Shown: positions 1-11,978 of the stretch, one piece after another | How positions within the stretch are numbered: the stretch's first letter is position 1 | Layout of the letters: each line of letters begins with the position of its first letter | Source: Diadema setosum | Taxonomy: Eukaryota | Reading direction: 5' to 3' | Length of the DNA stretch: 64,000 bases | Assembly (NCBI RefSeq): GCF_964275005.1 | Contig: NC_092698.1 | Span: 37,680,597 to 37,744,596, forward strand | The notes under the pieces: model-generated | The model's database searches: none | Told to the model about the DNA's origin: nothing | Seen by the model: only the letters and a program-made list of their open reading frames with translations | Program-made: the position numbers and the translations under genes

Positions 1-31
1 AGTGAAATGATTTATTCTTTTTTTCTTTCAG

Positions 32-151
32 GGCAATGAGCTCACCAACCTGATTGGTCACTCTGACAGAGTCTTGAGTGTTGCCATGGCAACAAATGGA
101 AAGGTGGTGACGGCCTCCATGGACTGCACGGTCAAAGTCTGGAGTCCTGAG
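32..151 (+). CDS. WD40-repeat protein, exon (phase 0-0); translates GNELTNLIGHSDRVLSVAMATNGKVVTASMDCTVKVWSPE
   Basis: Acceptor ttctttcag at 23-31 and donor gtaaga at 152. Open frame of 40 codons. Carries the WD signature GH...D..VKVW. Confidence 0.7.
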
Positions 152-264
152 GTAAGATACACTGTGTACTTCTATCATACTGCTGGATGTTCTGTGACTT
201 GAAGAGTTAGTTCTCGGGTAGTGGTGTCTGAGGTTGGCAATCCAGACAATACTCTGCTGTTAAG

Positions 265-655
265 TTAAAGGGATCGTATAGTTTTGGTTGAGACCTAATT
301 TCAGGTGTCTAACATTTTTTGGTGAGATAATGAGAAACCTCCTATGAAATATGAAAGAGTATGTAATTCCATAAGAAATGCAACGTTTATTTGATGAAAA
401 TTGGTTTTGAAATGGCTGAGATATCCAAAACAGAGTGATTCTAATAAAGTGTGGGACCCACATTTTATTACGATCGCTTTGTTTTACTTTGTTTTTGGAT
501 GTTTCAGTCATTCCAAACCTGATTTTCATCAAATAAACTTTGAATTCCTCTTAAAATGGTATGCTCTGTACTATTTCGTAAGTGTTTTCTTGGTATCTCA
601 CAAAAACTTAAAAGCCAAATTCTCATCTCCACCAATACTATACCCGTCCCTTTAA
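265..655. mobile_element. Family-A MITE copy (391 bp), termini TTAAAGGGA...TCCCTTTAA
   Basis: Terminal inverted repeats are ttaaagggatcgtatagttttggttgagacctaatttcaggtgtct and agaaaacacttacgaaatagt...ccctttaa. The element is internally palindromic (ggctgagatatccaaaac ... ctttgttttactttgtttttggatgtttcagtc). Three near-identical copies occur elsewhere in the window. Confidence 0.75.
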
Positions 656-990
656 GCTCTGCTTAAAGCTGCTGCCATATTTAACATAAAGGAATTACCT
701 GTTCATTCCATGCAAGAAAAGGAAACTGTCATCATCATGACAACATTTGCTTTAATGCACAGTTGCTTGGCTATGCCACTCCACTAAATTCTATGGGGAG
801 GGTTTATATTAGTGAAGGATAGTTTTTACTCATTGCTTGTATTAGAGATATTTTCCACAATTGATGAACAAGGGGAACTTGGGGATAGTGAGTATAAGTA
901 CAGTACAACAGAAAGAAAGAAAAATTCAGAAGCAGACTGTGATGGAAGAAAGATTGAGATGTTTATGTGTTTTGTGTTTATCTCATACAG

Positions 991-1085
991 CTCAGCCCAG
1001 ACTCTGTGCAGCATGGAGCCCACAATGCTGAGGTGACATCAGTGACTGTGTCAACCAAGACTAATATGGCCCTGTCAGCCAGCCG
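991..1085 (+). CDS. WD40-repeat protein, exon (phase 0-2); LSPDSVQHGAHNAEVTSVTVSTKTNMALSAS + cg
   Basis: Acceptor tctcatacag ends at 990. Donor gtatga at 1086. The frame continues from the previous exon. The split codon cg|g is completed by the next exon. Confidence 0.65.
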
Positions 1086-1762
1086 GTATGAAATGAATCA
1101 AACATGATAATGACAGCAATTCTGATATCAAGTGTGGTTGCCTGATCACACATTTAACCCAACTTTATCGATCATATATGGGAGTATCTTGGTATTAAAG
1201 TGCAAAGTGTATAATATCAGAAGTCTAGAAATCAATCAGATGTACCAATTGCAGTAAGTTTCAGTGTATTCTCACTAATTATCATTGTCTAACATATGAA
1301 TGGGAGTTCTGGGCAGGATATTTATCAAATTCTTCATTAACCATCAACCACATTTTTCCTAGTATGGGATTTGGTACATATTTATGTCTGATGTATACAG
1401 TATCTCAAAGCCGTCAAATATTCCTGCAGTGTAGTGATTTTACTGTGTAGTGACAATTTCAGTATTCCCAGACGACCTGCTCAATGAGTATAGATTTAAC
1501 TTGGTACATGCGATAGCATACTTGGATTGGATTGGCAGCAGCATTTTTCCCATCAATCAAATGAACTGCACCAGACTGATATATGCATAATCAAATTGAA
1601 TGCATTTCACAACTTTATTTCAAGTTAGCTCTAAACTGAACTTTGAGTGACCATATTATTATGTCCCATAGTAGGGACTCAATCATCATTCTAATCACAT
1701 GTATTAGTCTGATATGTTTTGTTATGATATCTCCCTCCTGTGTTATTCACAACACCTGACAG

Positions 1763-1841
1763 GGATGGTATGGTCTCTGTGTGGAAGATGCCCAACTCCT
1801 TGACACCATCAACAAGTCTGGCACCCATCCACTCCTGGAAG
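1763..1841 (+). CDS. WD40-repeat protein, exon (phase 2-0); (R)DGMVSVWKMPNSLTPSTSLAPIHSWK
   Basis: Acceptor cacctgacag ends at 1762. Donor gtaatt at 1842. It completes the split Arg codon. DGxVxVW is the end of a WD repeat. Confidence 0.65.
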
Positions 1842-2561
1842 GTAATTAAAGAGCAATTCTGCCTTGAGTCAAGACTAGCACTGAGCACACTCAATCTTTA
1901 GGAGCAACCATGACACGGGTTTTGATTAAATCTCTCAAGCAGAAAGCTCCTTACGTCGACTTTGATGGAGGAGAGCAAATATTTATCAGTGCCTTGCATA
2001 GCGTAGTTCTGTCTGTTCCTGTCATCATAATGAGATGATTGCTTTCTCTTTTACTTTCCTGGTCCCTGCCCCTCCCCTTTCTAATTTGTAATCAAATTAC
2101 TCTGTGAAATTCAATTCACAAATCAAACATCTTTGAATGCATTACTGTGTAAGTTAATAGTATCTTGATGTGAAGAGTTTGAAAAAAATTTTCATTTTCA
2201 AAAATTTTAATGTAAGTCCATCATCAGAATGTAACAAAATAAACTTTTCCAGAGATAGCTCACATCTTACATAACAAGGGATATTCTTAAACTTATGATA
2301 TCTCAAAAATGAAAATAAAAAACTCAAAAAAGTAGAGAAATAAATAGATATCTCATGTAAAAAATATAGAACATAAAGAATAAAAAATAAATGAATTAAA
2401 GAATACATAAATAAATAAATAAATAAATATCAAATATGTTCCTATGATTCTCATTTTTAGCAGCTTAGATAACAAATATCTCAAATTAACAAGAACAGAG
2501 TTAGCTCATTTAGTGATCAAGCTCCTCATGTGTTTTCTGTCTCCTGTCCTTGCCCATCCAG

Positions 2562-2695
2562 GCATCTGAGAGCTCGGCAAACTCTGTGGCCTTCGTCGGC
2601 AACCACAAATCCTTTGTGGTTGGTTCAGACGACGGCACCGTGACAAAGTGGCATATGGAGGAACTGAAGGACTCCGAGGGGTCGTTCACTGTCGT
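2562..2695 (+). CDS. WD40-repeat protein, exon (phase 0-2); ASESSANSVAFVGNHKSFVVGSDDGTVTKWHMEELKDSEGSFTV + gt
   Basis: Acceptor tgcccatccag ends at 2561. Donor gtgagt at 2696. GSDDGTVTKW is a WD motif. Codon usage is GC3-rich, unlike the flanking intron. Confidence 0.7.
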
Positions 2696-3160
2696 GTGAG
2701 TATCAGGGAGATGTCTCCTGAGAAACCTTTCCTTTTGGCATACTGGGAGGGCAGCATTGGTAGGGAGATGGTATGTCTAGGAGCTGCCTTGTGATTGTAT
2801 GACTGTGTGGGAAGGTTTACATACTTAGATATATTGACGGGAAGCGACTGAACATTGAGAATTCTTTATGTGATGTAAAGAAGTAAGTATTAACCATTGC
2901 CTTGAAGCTGGTCAGGTTGATAACGTCCTGCAGGCTTGGGGAAAGATAATTCTTCAGATCTGGTAGCACTTTTATCAAATTGTTTAGCTCCATAAGTCCA
3001 GATACAACTACTTAAAGGAAAAATTGAGGAAGAAGGAATAATGATGTGTTCGACTAATATATTGCCAATCTTCCATTTAATTATTTAGAACATTTTGGAG
3101 GCATTTAGATTTTTCATTAAAGCTCATAGGCTGTTGGCTTTGTTGTGTTCTGTATTGTAG

Positions 3161-3328
3161 GAAGGACCAGACATTCTACCTGAACACCTGCAGTTTCCAG
3201 TCCATGCCAGCTCCAGTTACATCTCTGTGCTATGACGACACCCATGACACGCTTTACATCGGTACCTGGGCCTCTGTCATCTCGCTGAGGAACTTCTCAA
3301 GTGGGAAGACCAAACAGAACACCCTCAG
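3161..3328 (+). CDS. WD40-repeat protein, exon (phase 2-2); (V)KDQTFYLNTCSFQSMPAPVTSLCYDDTHDTLYIGTWASVISLRNFSSGKTKQNTL + ag
   Basis: Acceptor tgtattgtag ends at 3160. Donor gtagac at 3329. Phase is consistent with both neighbouring exons. Confidence 0.65.
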
Positions 3329-3802
3329 GTAGACAAGCATCCTTCTTCATTTTGAAGGGAATCAATTCTATTCTTTCCAGTGGTATTTCAAACTTTTGAA
3401 TTGATTGTCACTGTGAAGGACAATTATATTACCAAAGGTAAACTTGAGGGATAACAAATCATATAGGTATGTAATTGAGCAAAAGATAAAATTCCATTCT
3501 TGCCTCATTACAGTTGTATGGCTTGAATTTAGAAAATAGTTTATCATGTTGTTTGGTGATATCATTAGGATATTATCAATAGGAGAGCCGAGGATTTCAA
3601 TGTTTGTTTGTTTTTTTCTTTTAGTATGATGTTCTTTTTATTCAAGTGATTGCCATATGATAGGTATGAGGGAAAATGTTTGTATGTTGCCACCTTTTTT
3701 TTGGAGGGATGGCAAGAAATCACTTCTAATTGCACTTTGGGAAAGTTTTGAACCATGCACCCACGACGTAGAAGTCACCTCTCTCTCCTCATGCCCTCAT
3801 AG

Positions 3803-3899
3803 TCTACCAGACTGGGTCCTGGATGTACAGTTGGCCAAGGACAAGGGTGTGGTTGCCTCGCTAGCCAACAGCTCTGTGGCCTACTGCAAGATTGTGGAG
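3803..3899 (+). CDS. WD40-repeat protein, exon (phase 2-0); (S)LPDWVLDVQLAKDKGVVASLANSSVAYCKIVE
   Basis: Acceptor atgccctcatag ends at 3802 after a pyrimidine tract. Donor gtaggt at 3900. The phase closes the split codon ag|t. Confidence 0.6.
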
Positions 3900-4565
3900 G
3901 TAGGTTCGGGGTTCAAATCTTAAATGCAATTTTCAACCAGTAATTTAAAACCAGAAATTTTTGTTTGCATGAAAATTTTGTGAACCTTCTGAGGAGCCAA
4001 GATTCTGCAAAGTAAAGTGGATGCAATTTCTTTTCTTTTTTTCTACACAATGCATTGAATGCAATTCACAAAAGTTTCATGTCGCAAAAAAAGCTGTCGG
4101 CTCCAATTCCTGACAGTTTCGTGCCATGAATGTTTCGTTTTGCAGTAATAAGCATGCCAGTTATTTACTGTCTTGAATGGATGACCCTAACCAAGCTCAT
4201 ACATAGTACCTCTTGACTGTCCAAAAGTGAGATGGCTATCAAGGACGGTTACATCTGTAAAGAAACATTACTTTCACAGCTAGTATTTTTCAGTCTTTAA
4301 CAATATGTTTATTTTAATTGTGATAAACAAAGAGATTGAAACTGACATAAGAACAAAAGTGGAAATGATATTGACACCAATCTATCCAGTAAGTATTTCA
4401 ATACTTTTTAAATGTTCTCATTACGCAGAGCTTACATTAGTAGATTTGAATACACAAATGTTGACATATATGTTCTGTAGTTGGCGAGAAACAGCTTGTC
4501 ACTGTTTTTGTGGAATTTCTCTGGTCAATATTCCTCATAAGGCGGATTAATTTCTGTTCCTACAG

Positions 4566-4748
4566 AAACGTGTGACAACTGTGGACATCCCAGGCACTTT
4601 CCCTCACCCGTCTGATCCTTGGCAATATTCTCTGACCCTTGCCCCTCCCGAGCTGAAGAGCGCCCCCAATGGTGCTTTCCTGACAGGAAATTCTCATGGA
4701 TCTATGATGACAGTGACTGAAAATGAGGAAACCAGCCTAGCACAGAAG
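4566..4748 (+). CDS. WD40-repeat protein, exon (phase 0-0); KRVTTVDIPGTFPHPSDPWQYSLTLAPPELKSAPNGAFLTGNSHGSMMTVTENEETSLAQK
   Basis: Acceptor tttctgttcctacag ends at 4565. Donor gtaaga at 4749. Open frame of 61 codons. Confidence 0.65.
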
Positions 4749-4995
4749 GTAAGAATAGAAAGACTGAAATTTTGATGCTTTAGCCTGAACTGCGTGGGAA
4801 GCATGTGTTTCATGTAAAGCTATATGTATATTACTGTAAAAGTGAACATTTTCATGCAAGTATTTTCTTGCACTGCTGAGGAAGATGAATTTCATGTCTT
4901 TTCAGTTCCATGGAACCAAAATGTTAGATAGTGTTGGATATGTCAGACAAAAATATTGTATTTTTGTGGCAGTTTGAGTTTGGGTGAAATGTGTG

Positions 4996-5016
4996 AAAAT
5001 TTCCACTTTTACAGTA
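4996..5016. mobile_element. Solo terminus of family-C MITE
   Basis: aaaatttccacttttacagta is identical to the family-C right TIR. Confidence 0.4.
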
Positions 5017-5245
5017 TTTGGTTTACGTAAGGACATAGAGCATGATCTGTAAATTCTTTCACAATTTCTTGTGATTCAAGCGTAAATTTTAACCCAACAC
5101 AAATGCTAGGAGATGATGCTATGCAGCATGAATGGATTTACTTGTGAAAATTCAAATTGTTATAATTAGCAAGTTATTTACATCAGTAGTAATAATAGTT
5201 GTATGGCTTGTTTGTCAGGGATTAGAAATTGGTACTAAACATTCA

Positions 5246-5339
5246 TTTTAACCCGGTGAGGATGAGTACCAAGTATAGGGCAGGTGTCTATGGGAATTGT
5301 GTGTTGTAGCAAAATCAGTTCGTCCTCAATAGGTTAAAG
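5246..5339. mobile_element. Family-D mini-MITE (~95 bp), TIR TTAACCC[AG][GT]TGAGGAC
   Basis: ttttaacccggtgaggatgagtacc...gcaggtgtctatgggaattgtgtgttgtagcaaaatcagttcgtcctcaataggttaaag. Copies are at 23521-23614 (reverse orientation) and 35937-36031. Confidence 0.6.
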
Positions 5340-8085
5340 TACTGCAAACATGGAACATACAAGACACTGTAAACATTCTTTGGCACAGTCAAATTTACAG
5401 GAAAAGCAGATCATTGAAATGACCCCCTTTTTTTTTTCTTGTGTGTGTGCGTGTGTGTATGCATGAGCATGTTTTGGCACAGAACAAATGCGCGCCTGAA
5501 TTGTAGAACATGTCTCCGGTATGCACACATGTACATTTTGTGGTACTGCAATAAATGAATCGGATATGAAATAAACAGTTTTCTAAAATCATCTTGCCCA
5601 GCTGAGGGCAAAAGATTTTGTTGCACAAAACTTCAACCTGGACAGGATTATAAAGAGGAAAGGATCGCGTTTCAAACGACTTTCATCCTTTCATTCACTG
5701 ATAATGCCCCATGTCCTCCGGCCATCACACCTCCCAGTCTAGGGACCGCTATCCCCAAGGGTGGGCGTTTTCTTCAGTCTCCCATTTCAACCGCAAAACA
5801 GACTCAAAATGTAAAGACAGCAACCTTCTCCCAAAGCCTGTGTAAACTTGAGTCAGAGGGCGCTAGGAAAGGCTTGTTGTGGTTCTGAGTGCACATTTCA
5901 GCACCTAAAAGGCGGTAGCAGTCCCGGGTCTGGAAGCCAGAGGGAAGGCTGATCACGTCATACGACCGTGCCATTCCAAATTCACCCAGGGTAACACAAT
6001 AACAGTTTGTTGTAGAGTGTATCGTCTTTCACCAGGGATGTGCTTTTGACTGCTGGCTGCTTGTCACATGAAAGATAACACGGCTAGATTTCATAGATAA
6101 TCATGCAGTAATATGCCATTTCTCTTTTCATTTCAATCTGAAGCATGAAATTGAATATCTTTCCATATATGAGCAGCTTTAATTCTACAAATGGAGTTGT
6201 GTATGATGGTTTAAGCCCATGTTAATTGGCAAAGTCACTATGCCTTCAAAGGTTAAATGACAGAATGATGCCGTGATCAAATACGAATTCTGTGCAGAAG
6301 TTAGATAAGTCTAGAGTTCCAAACAGGGGAATGATTTTCTTTTACCCCACTTCTATTACTTTGACTTCATTCCTAGGCTTTTGGTAAGGAGAATGATTTT
6401 GTCTAACAAGTTGATCCCATCACTCAATAGTCTCTACATCATAATTTTGTGAGTAAATTCTTTCAGGAAATCATGAGCATTATATAGATGATTTGATCAC
6501 AATAAAAATCACAGTTGTGTGTGTAATAGATTTACTTTCATCTCTTAGTAATTTAACAACAAAAAAGTGCTGCAAAAAACAAAACAAAAAAAGAATACAA
6601 ATGTGGCCAGCACTTTCCAGTGTTAATGGTATGCCAGCATGAGCAATGGTTTACATTGATATTTTTAGTTATTCAAGTGTTTGAATTGAAGCAGTTCCTG
6701 CATGTAGAGTTGGAGAAAAATGTCAATTTTGGCAGTGTTTGGGTGGAGTGTAAACCAAGATGTTTGTGTGGAGTAATTTGAGGCTGGAGGAGGTGCCTTC
6801 CAGCTCCCGGCAGAGTTTGTGGTGGTGTCAGAATGCAGTTATCTGCTTCACATGAGGGAATGTTGTCAGGTTCTCTCCACCGGTGATGACAGACCAGGAG
6901 TGACATCTGGGAGGGAATGTGCCTTTAAGAGAAAGCCATGCACAGGGTGGGTATCAATGACCCACAGATACAGACCTCCCTGTGAAGAAATAACCCCCCA
7001 TCCTTCATCCAGTCAGGATGTCGTCCGTTGACAACAAATTTCCTGAGTTGACAATATCTCTCTTCATGATCTCACCCCTCCAGTGCCAGGGCTAAAGATT
7101 GGGTTACAGGAGCAAGGGCGTAAATGATTTTTGTTTTATGTACATATATTGCTATTATATTGAGGGTTTTTGAGAGTTGTTGAATCTCCCTTGCTGTAGG
7201 CCCCCATCACTCTATACTTTCTTACTAGCTGCATCCTTTGTAGTGAAGTTTCCCACCCCCTTCTCCCACCTTTGACAATCCCCCATTTTTGCCTCTCTTT
7301 CCTCTCCCAACCTCCAGACATCTATTTTATCTTTCATCCCTTTTCAGAAGTTTATATGTACCAAAAATAATTTCTTCATCGTATCTGCCCTTTTACCTGT
7401 CAACTTGTAGGGATCTATGTCAATTTTTTAGCAAATCCATTCATTCTTGTCTAACCTGTATCTTTCTGTAGCAAATACATGTTTAAGTTCCCTTGTTTTT
7501 ATCAATTTCTTGTATTCTACCTTATACATGCTCATTGTTTGTCCTCTCACCTTTACTTATTGAAAAATCATCAGTGACTTTAAAAATTCCATAAGGTGTT
7601 CCCTGTGTGCTTATTTCTCCCTCTTTCTCTTTTAAAATCTTTTAAAGAACCTGCAGGGTGCGCTGTTGTTTTCTTCATTATCTTAGTCATCCTTGATATT
7701 CCCTTCTACATAATACCATAGATCTTAAATATCATTTTAGATTTAGTACTACCAGTTCCTGCCCATTTCCAAGTTTTTCCTAGTAGTATGCCATCCAGTT
7801 TTCCTCAGTTTATCTAATTTCACAAGGGATTCAGACATGTTCATGATGATTATAGTACCTGGTTCATTAGTTAATAGGGAACACATTTACATGTATTGAC
7901 AATAATCACCCCCCCCCCCAAAAAAAAAAAAAAAAAAGAAGAAGGTACATAGGCCCCAGTCAATTATTGAAAATCATCTCGGATGGAATACATTGTAATA
8001 GGTTGAACAAGTTTACATTATGCTTGTCAATATTGTGGTTTCAACACCACATGCTTGCCTTCCCTGAAGTTGATATCTCTTTTCT

Positions 8086-8137
8086 CTCTCTCTCTCTCTC
8101 TCTCCTCCTCCTCCTCCTCCTACTCTCTGCATTGTTT
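8086..8137. repeat. (CT)n-(CCT)n compound microsatellite
   Basis: ctctctctctctctctctctctcctcctcctcctcctcc. Confidence 0.9.
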
Positions 8138-11100
8138 CTTTGTTGCTCATCTGTTATTAATTCTTTCTGTTTTCTCTGTCAGATTATCTTTAGGGTTTTT
8201 TTTTTTCTCTCTTATATTCCCCTTTTTTATCTTTCTCTTATGTGTTATAAGTAGAATAGCCTTTGATAAAAATTAACCGAACTGTGTAATGAATAAGATG
8301 TGCATCCATCGGTAGAATAATATGATATTATATTCTGTCTAAAAGATGTACCCAAATTTGAAGACAAAGTACTCTGTCCAAGCAGATTCTTCTGGTGATA
8401 TTTTACTGTTTATTGATTTGAAGGAGGCTTTTGTTGTTGCTAGGCAACAGTTGCTGTGGTAGCCCCTGTACAAGGAGGAAGTTTGAAGAGGCTCAAATAA
8501 TCACCTCCAGGGAACAAGAGAGATTGAGTGGCAAAGTCCAATGAGATATTTGATATGCCCAGAATTAGATATGACTGCTATGGGATCAAATGCCTATCAA
8601 ATGAGATTGAAAGGATAAGGCATGGCATGTGCAATGATTCTATTGGCAGTCTTCTGAAACTCTTTGACATTTATTTATTTATGTGGATTTAGCATCTTAT
8701 GGGGTGCATCATAGGTCAAATTTTGTTCCAGTTCGCATGTTTTGCCAGCATCGCAATACATTTTGATTCCTGGCTGTTTCTGTTGCTTGTTGCGTCTTGG
8801 TAATTTTTTGCACTGAACATCACTTCATCTTTCATATGGCTTTATCGTGAGATGTTCAGAAGTATGAATTATTGCACTAAGATTGTCTCAAGACAAATGT
8901 CTTTTGTCTTCTATTATGTCAACTGAACCCAGAAAAAAAAAATTGCTTGTGAAGGAAAAATAAAGTATTTTACATTAGTAACTTCTGCAACTAATTTAAC
9001 AACAGCAAAAAGTGCCCATAAGCACTCAGTGATTACATAGTTTGCAATTTTGTACAGTGAATGATCCCATCACATAACTGTGAGTTATGTCTGTGCATGT
9101 ATTGTAATGACTAGTTAATTCTTAGGGATTGACAGATGCATGGTGTACAAATTTTGCAGAATACAATGCAAGAAATTAAAAACTATTGATGTATCATATT
9201 CATCTATATGTATAATAACAAATTAGGCCTACTAATTTTGTGAGGAAGAAAATGACAAATTGATTTTTTTGCCTGTGGGGATTAGCTTTCTAGGATCTAC
9301 TTCCTGGGATGTTTTTCATAGCTTGTTGGAGACATGATGAGATTATCAGTGTTTAATCAATTAGATGATGTCTCCCATTGGGCAATATCCACAAATATCA
9401 CGTTTCATGACTGTGATTTGATTGCTTTTAATTTCATTAATTTGGTTGAAGGCTTTGATGAAAGATGAAACTGTTTTTCATCATAAATTATGTATATGAG
9501 GAAGAAACAAGGGATTTTATTGCAGACATTGAGCATGCATACATTCTTGATGAACATGGAACTTCAAGATGAAGTTTTAGATCTGATGTTTTTCAGTTTG
9601 TTGGATAATTTGTTGTTGTTGTTGTTGATATGGGATGTAGTAACTTAACTCTAATTTCTGGAATCTTGTTTGGTTACATATGATGAAAGAATTAAATGTC
9701 AAAAAAACTTATGTGAACAGAAAAAAAAAAAATAATTTGCAATAGAAAATGTGATCAACTCCATCTGCGACACACAGAGGCACAGGTGGGACTATGAGAG
9801 CTGAGTGTTTGTGGAGGGAGACCTCATTTTACCTCACCCAGGAGTAGGAAGCAACTGCACACCCTTATCAATCCACCTCCAATTACCAGCTACACTTCAT
9901 GCCCCGTCGGCTCTCAAGAACCCGTGAGATATAATTTGTATGTTCCTCTCTGAAAATATCATCCCTTATAGGACTACTTTACTACTCCAGTAACCCTCTC
10001 CCTCCAAAGTCCCACCCCTCTCCACCTAAACTCCCTCCTATAAAGTGCAATCAGCACCCTTAGGCCTTCCACCTGCTCTCCGGCGAGTGTCTAGCGGCGT
10101 CAGAGAGGCAGGGTCCATTTGCTGCCGTTAGGATTCATTGGTCCTGTGGGAAGGAGATAAGGGTCCAGCTGGGAGGGGAGGGGGGTAAACTTTGTGAAGT
10201 GATGTCAGAACATCAGCAGGTGCTCCGATTTAAGACTACCTAAAGTAAGATGCCCATGGACTTTTGAGAGGAAACAACACTGATGCTATCACCTACTGGC
10301 TCCAGCTAGACCCCGTTTAAATCTGCATACCTCGGTTTGGATGCACCTAGCTTCAAGGAGGCAAATATGATGGAGAAATTTGGTTTTTAGCGATAAGACT
10401 CACCAACGTCAGTGATTCCTCATTTGACCGACTTATGAGGAATGAATAATATCATTGGATTCTAATAGATGTTGACCCGAATTTCACTTGAGCGAAAGTG
10501 ATAAGAATCTTATCATAAGTTCAAGGGAAATGAGCTGAAATTTTGAATCAAGGCAAAATCTGTCCTGTGATTTGTTGATGAATTACACCTAGTTTCAGCT
10601 GATACTTTTAAAATTGTGTGTTCATCTGCATTTCCTGCATATAGTCCTTTATATCAAATGAAAAAAATGTATCCTCTGTAGGTATGATAAATATCAGTCC
10701 AATTCTTACTATTTATTCACAGAGGGAAAAAAAAATCACAAGATTCATTTTCAATCCAGTGCCAATTTTAGTTGTGAGTCAGACAAAATTTCTCTCTATG
10801 TATGTAGCTACCCTAGTGGATACATGTTATGTTTATGATGACACACTAATATTTCTTATGAGCTCCAATTTTTTTAGTTTGATTCATGTTGATTTAATGA
10901 CTCATTCTTCTACCAAAAGACAGTATGATAGCACGGGTCAGCTGTCACAAGAATCAGTTTTGAGCGTGGCAGTGTTTGTTCAGCTGCCGTAGAAGAAAGA
11001 CTGACAACATAAATTGCAAGCTACGGAAGCAGTGTCTTGGTTTGGAGTCTTTATTTTCATGGAAACCAATGTGACTGAGATCACAGTAGATAATGCTGCT

Positions 11101-11366
11101 GCAGCGTTGTTTGGGAGATTCTATTTGAGGGCATTGTAGGGACACAGACTAAATCCTAGTGTGGATGTGAATTTAGCATGGAGTAATCCGGGCTGGATTC
11201 CCATTGAACAGGAAGCAGCGTGTTTTGTGTGTGCGTGACCATCATGTGTGACTGCCATGTCTCTCTAGAAGGTGGAGGAGAATGAAAAGGAAGAAGAGAA
11301 GGAGAAGAAGGAGGAGGATGTTCTAAATATAACTCGATGCATGAGGATCTCTTACTAAGTTACTAT

Positions 11367-11804
11367 CAGGGTGTTCAGACACAAAACATTAAAACTAGAA
11401 TGGTATAGCTATACCAAATTGGTGTAGCTACATTATATGATGAATTTATACGTCTGAACGCTGACTAACGAAATGACGTATAATGAAACGACGTTCAGAG
11501 CATCATTTCAAACTAGAACTCGATAACAAATCAGCATTCCATCGTGTCCATTGTGTGTCTGAATGTAAGGCAACCATAGAGCGGTATAACTGGGGGGGCT
11601 TAATGGGAGCACGCACGAAAGGTGACCCCATAGCTGTCACTCATGACGATAACAGCATGCGCAGTGGGAAACTGCACATCTATATGATGTTTTCCAGAAC
11701 GGTCGACATTATCGTCTGAACGGTCTGTCGGCTGTATGGTGATTCTTTATACGTCGTTTCTTTATCGAGTTTGGTATAAACTGGCTTGCGTCTGAACAGG
11801 GGGC
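11367..11804. mobile_element. ~440-bp non-autonomous element with TIR CAGGG(T)GTTCAGAC and internal GTTCAGA/TCTGAAC sub-repeats
   Basis: The left end is cagggtgttcagacac. The right end gcgtctgaacaggggg is the reverse complement of ccccctgttcagacgc. The internal repeats cgtctgaacg, acgacgttcagag and atcgtctgaacgg suggest a hairpin-rich structure. Confidence 0.45.
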
Positions 11805-11912
11805 AAGATATGCGTGTTTCACGATATTGTCTTGGGAGAAAAACAAAAACACTTCGTTGTCTAGCTTGATCATTCACTTTGCTCTTTCTCCTGCTCCCAC
11901 TCTCTTGCTCTA

Positions 11913-11916
11913 ATAC

Positions 11917-11956
<40 letters not shown>

Positions 11957-11978
11957 CACACACACACACTCAAACTCA
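11913..11978. repeat. (CAGA)n followed by (CA)n microsatellite
   Basis: cagacagacagacagacagacagacagacagacagacaacacacacacacac. Confidence 0.9.

Noticed and set aside
3905-3925. tRNA T-arm-like string ggttcggggttcaaatc
   Set aside because: It sits directly at an exon donor (gag|gtaggttcgggg). There is no acceptor stem, anticodon arm or complementary 5' end upstream.
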